A stretch of 64,000 bases of DNA from Phoronis australis (Eukaryota > Animalia > Phoronida), in contig NMRA01000610.1 in NCBI GenBank assembly GCA_002633005.1, positions 85,533 through 149,532 of the forward strand, in the 5' to 3' direction. Every line of letters begins with the position of its first letter. The first letter of the stretch is position 1. The translations under genes and the position numbers were made by a program. The notes under the pieces are model-generated. The model searched no databases. It saw nothing but the letters and a program-made list of their open reading frames with translations, and was not told the DNA's origin. This document shows positions 62,809 to 64,000 of this stretch, one piece after another.

Positions 62809-62891
62809 CATGATTGGTTCTTGTTAAAAGTTATGGTTCATGACTTATTCATGATTGGTTCTTGTTAAAAGTTATGGTTCATGAGTTATTC
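62809..62891. repeat. 41-bp near-perfect tandem duplication
   Basis: CATGATTGGTTCTTGTTAAAAGTTATGGTTCATGA.TTATT twice. Confidence 0.9.
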
Positions 62892-64000
62892 GAGGTTCCC
62901 CGATTTTATGATTATCTTTTATTGACTGATTTATCAATGCCCATTTAATGGCTTGTCATTTACTGTACATTGGTGTAACAGCCATTCAAGTCGTGTTTAC
63001 TGATGTTCTTGAGCAGTTTCGTCGCCGACGTCACCTTTAAATTTTTATTTGATTTCACCAAGTGTTGCTCCTCAGAGCACTTTCGTTTCTATTCTTTGAC
63101 CAATTCACCAGACATATATGCCCTTTTATAAATTCAGTATGTCAAATTTAGGTCGATTAGCTGTTACAGGCTACAATACATCGCTTACCGGACTAATTTC
63201 ATCATCCAATCACTGATAAACAGTTTTTACGTCGTCACAATGCATTCTACATTTAAAACTATCACTTAAACAGTGCTTACTTTCTACACTGCTTCTTTCT
63301 GTTTTTACATATCATAGATGAAGCATAGAGCTACGAGAATTAAGGTGACTTCAACGAAGAATTCACGATAACAACAAAGTATTTCAACTTAAGTCATGTG
63401 AATTAGGGAAAGACTAGTTCGAGACTGAGCGAAGCGCGTGAACTGGAGCTGGACACTTTCAAAATAGCATGAGAAGATATCAGGTGGAATTTGTAAGATT
63501 TGTGTCCCTTCGGCTTTTCGTTTGTCAACGCGAGTGATTTCATGTAACTTCCTCACAATGGTACCCAGAGAGAGGTTAAGCTTGAGTGAACCGCCACAGA
63601 TTTTCATGGATATGTTCCAAGTTATGATGACTGAACTGTATCCAGAGTCACGGTGTGTGTTAATTATAACTCAGTGCGTATATGCATCATTCATTTGATT
63701 TTATTCACTGTATTTTGAGATGAGTAACGTTTTGCGGGCATGTACCATCGCCCCTGTATAGCTTCAGCATTCAGGACGATGTAATTGCTTAGATGTCATG
63801 TTGTTGAGGGATGCATTAAACTTTTGACTGCTTCAACTTCAAGTGTCCGGTTATCAGGATCATGTGCGTGGACACTCTCAGTTTCAACTAAGTCTCAGTA
63901 CGTGTTCTGTAATACATACACGTTTGCCGTAGCCGATGGCATAGGGTCATTGTCTTTAACTAACTTGCTAANGACCAGTGCCCAAAAATACGTGCTCACG

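Noticed and set aside
62500-63990. Possible decayed transposase/LINE coding relic or BicD exon 1
   Set aside because: Only weak fragments with many stops; no BicD N-terminal A(A)xYGL motif found, so exon 1 is assumed to lie outside the window.

Overview
AT-rich eukaryotic (animal, probably invertebrate/lophotrochozoan) draft-assembly window with one 204-N gap and several single-N joins. Reading splice sites by hand gives four spliced genes that the ORF track mostly misses. (1) IPPK, inositol-pentakisphosphate 2-kinase: + strand, 5'-partial, 713-16775. (2) An invertebrate-type CLIC chloride intracellular channel: - strand, complete, 264 aa, 18466-23932. (3) TRMU/MTU1, mitochondrial tRNA 2-thiouridylase: - strand, complete, 384 aa, 32508-41000. 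(4) Bicaudal-D: - strand, 5'-partial, 53182-58949, with one conserved internal exon missing. Introns and intergenic DNA hold MITEs, a tRNA-derived SINE, an L1/Tx1-like LINE fragment and minisatellites. Most notable: a truncated ubiquitin-specific-protease cassette bracketed by the same 18-bp repeat with a TATA box in its 3' part; a tandem repeat built from the 3' end and splice donor of the missing BicD exon; a 3.5-kb frame-preserving duplication of two IPPK exons that is most likely uncollapsed haplotypes; and a repeat element carrying co-oriented CTCF-consensus motifs every ~150 bp. All homology calls are from recalled family motifs; no searches were run.
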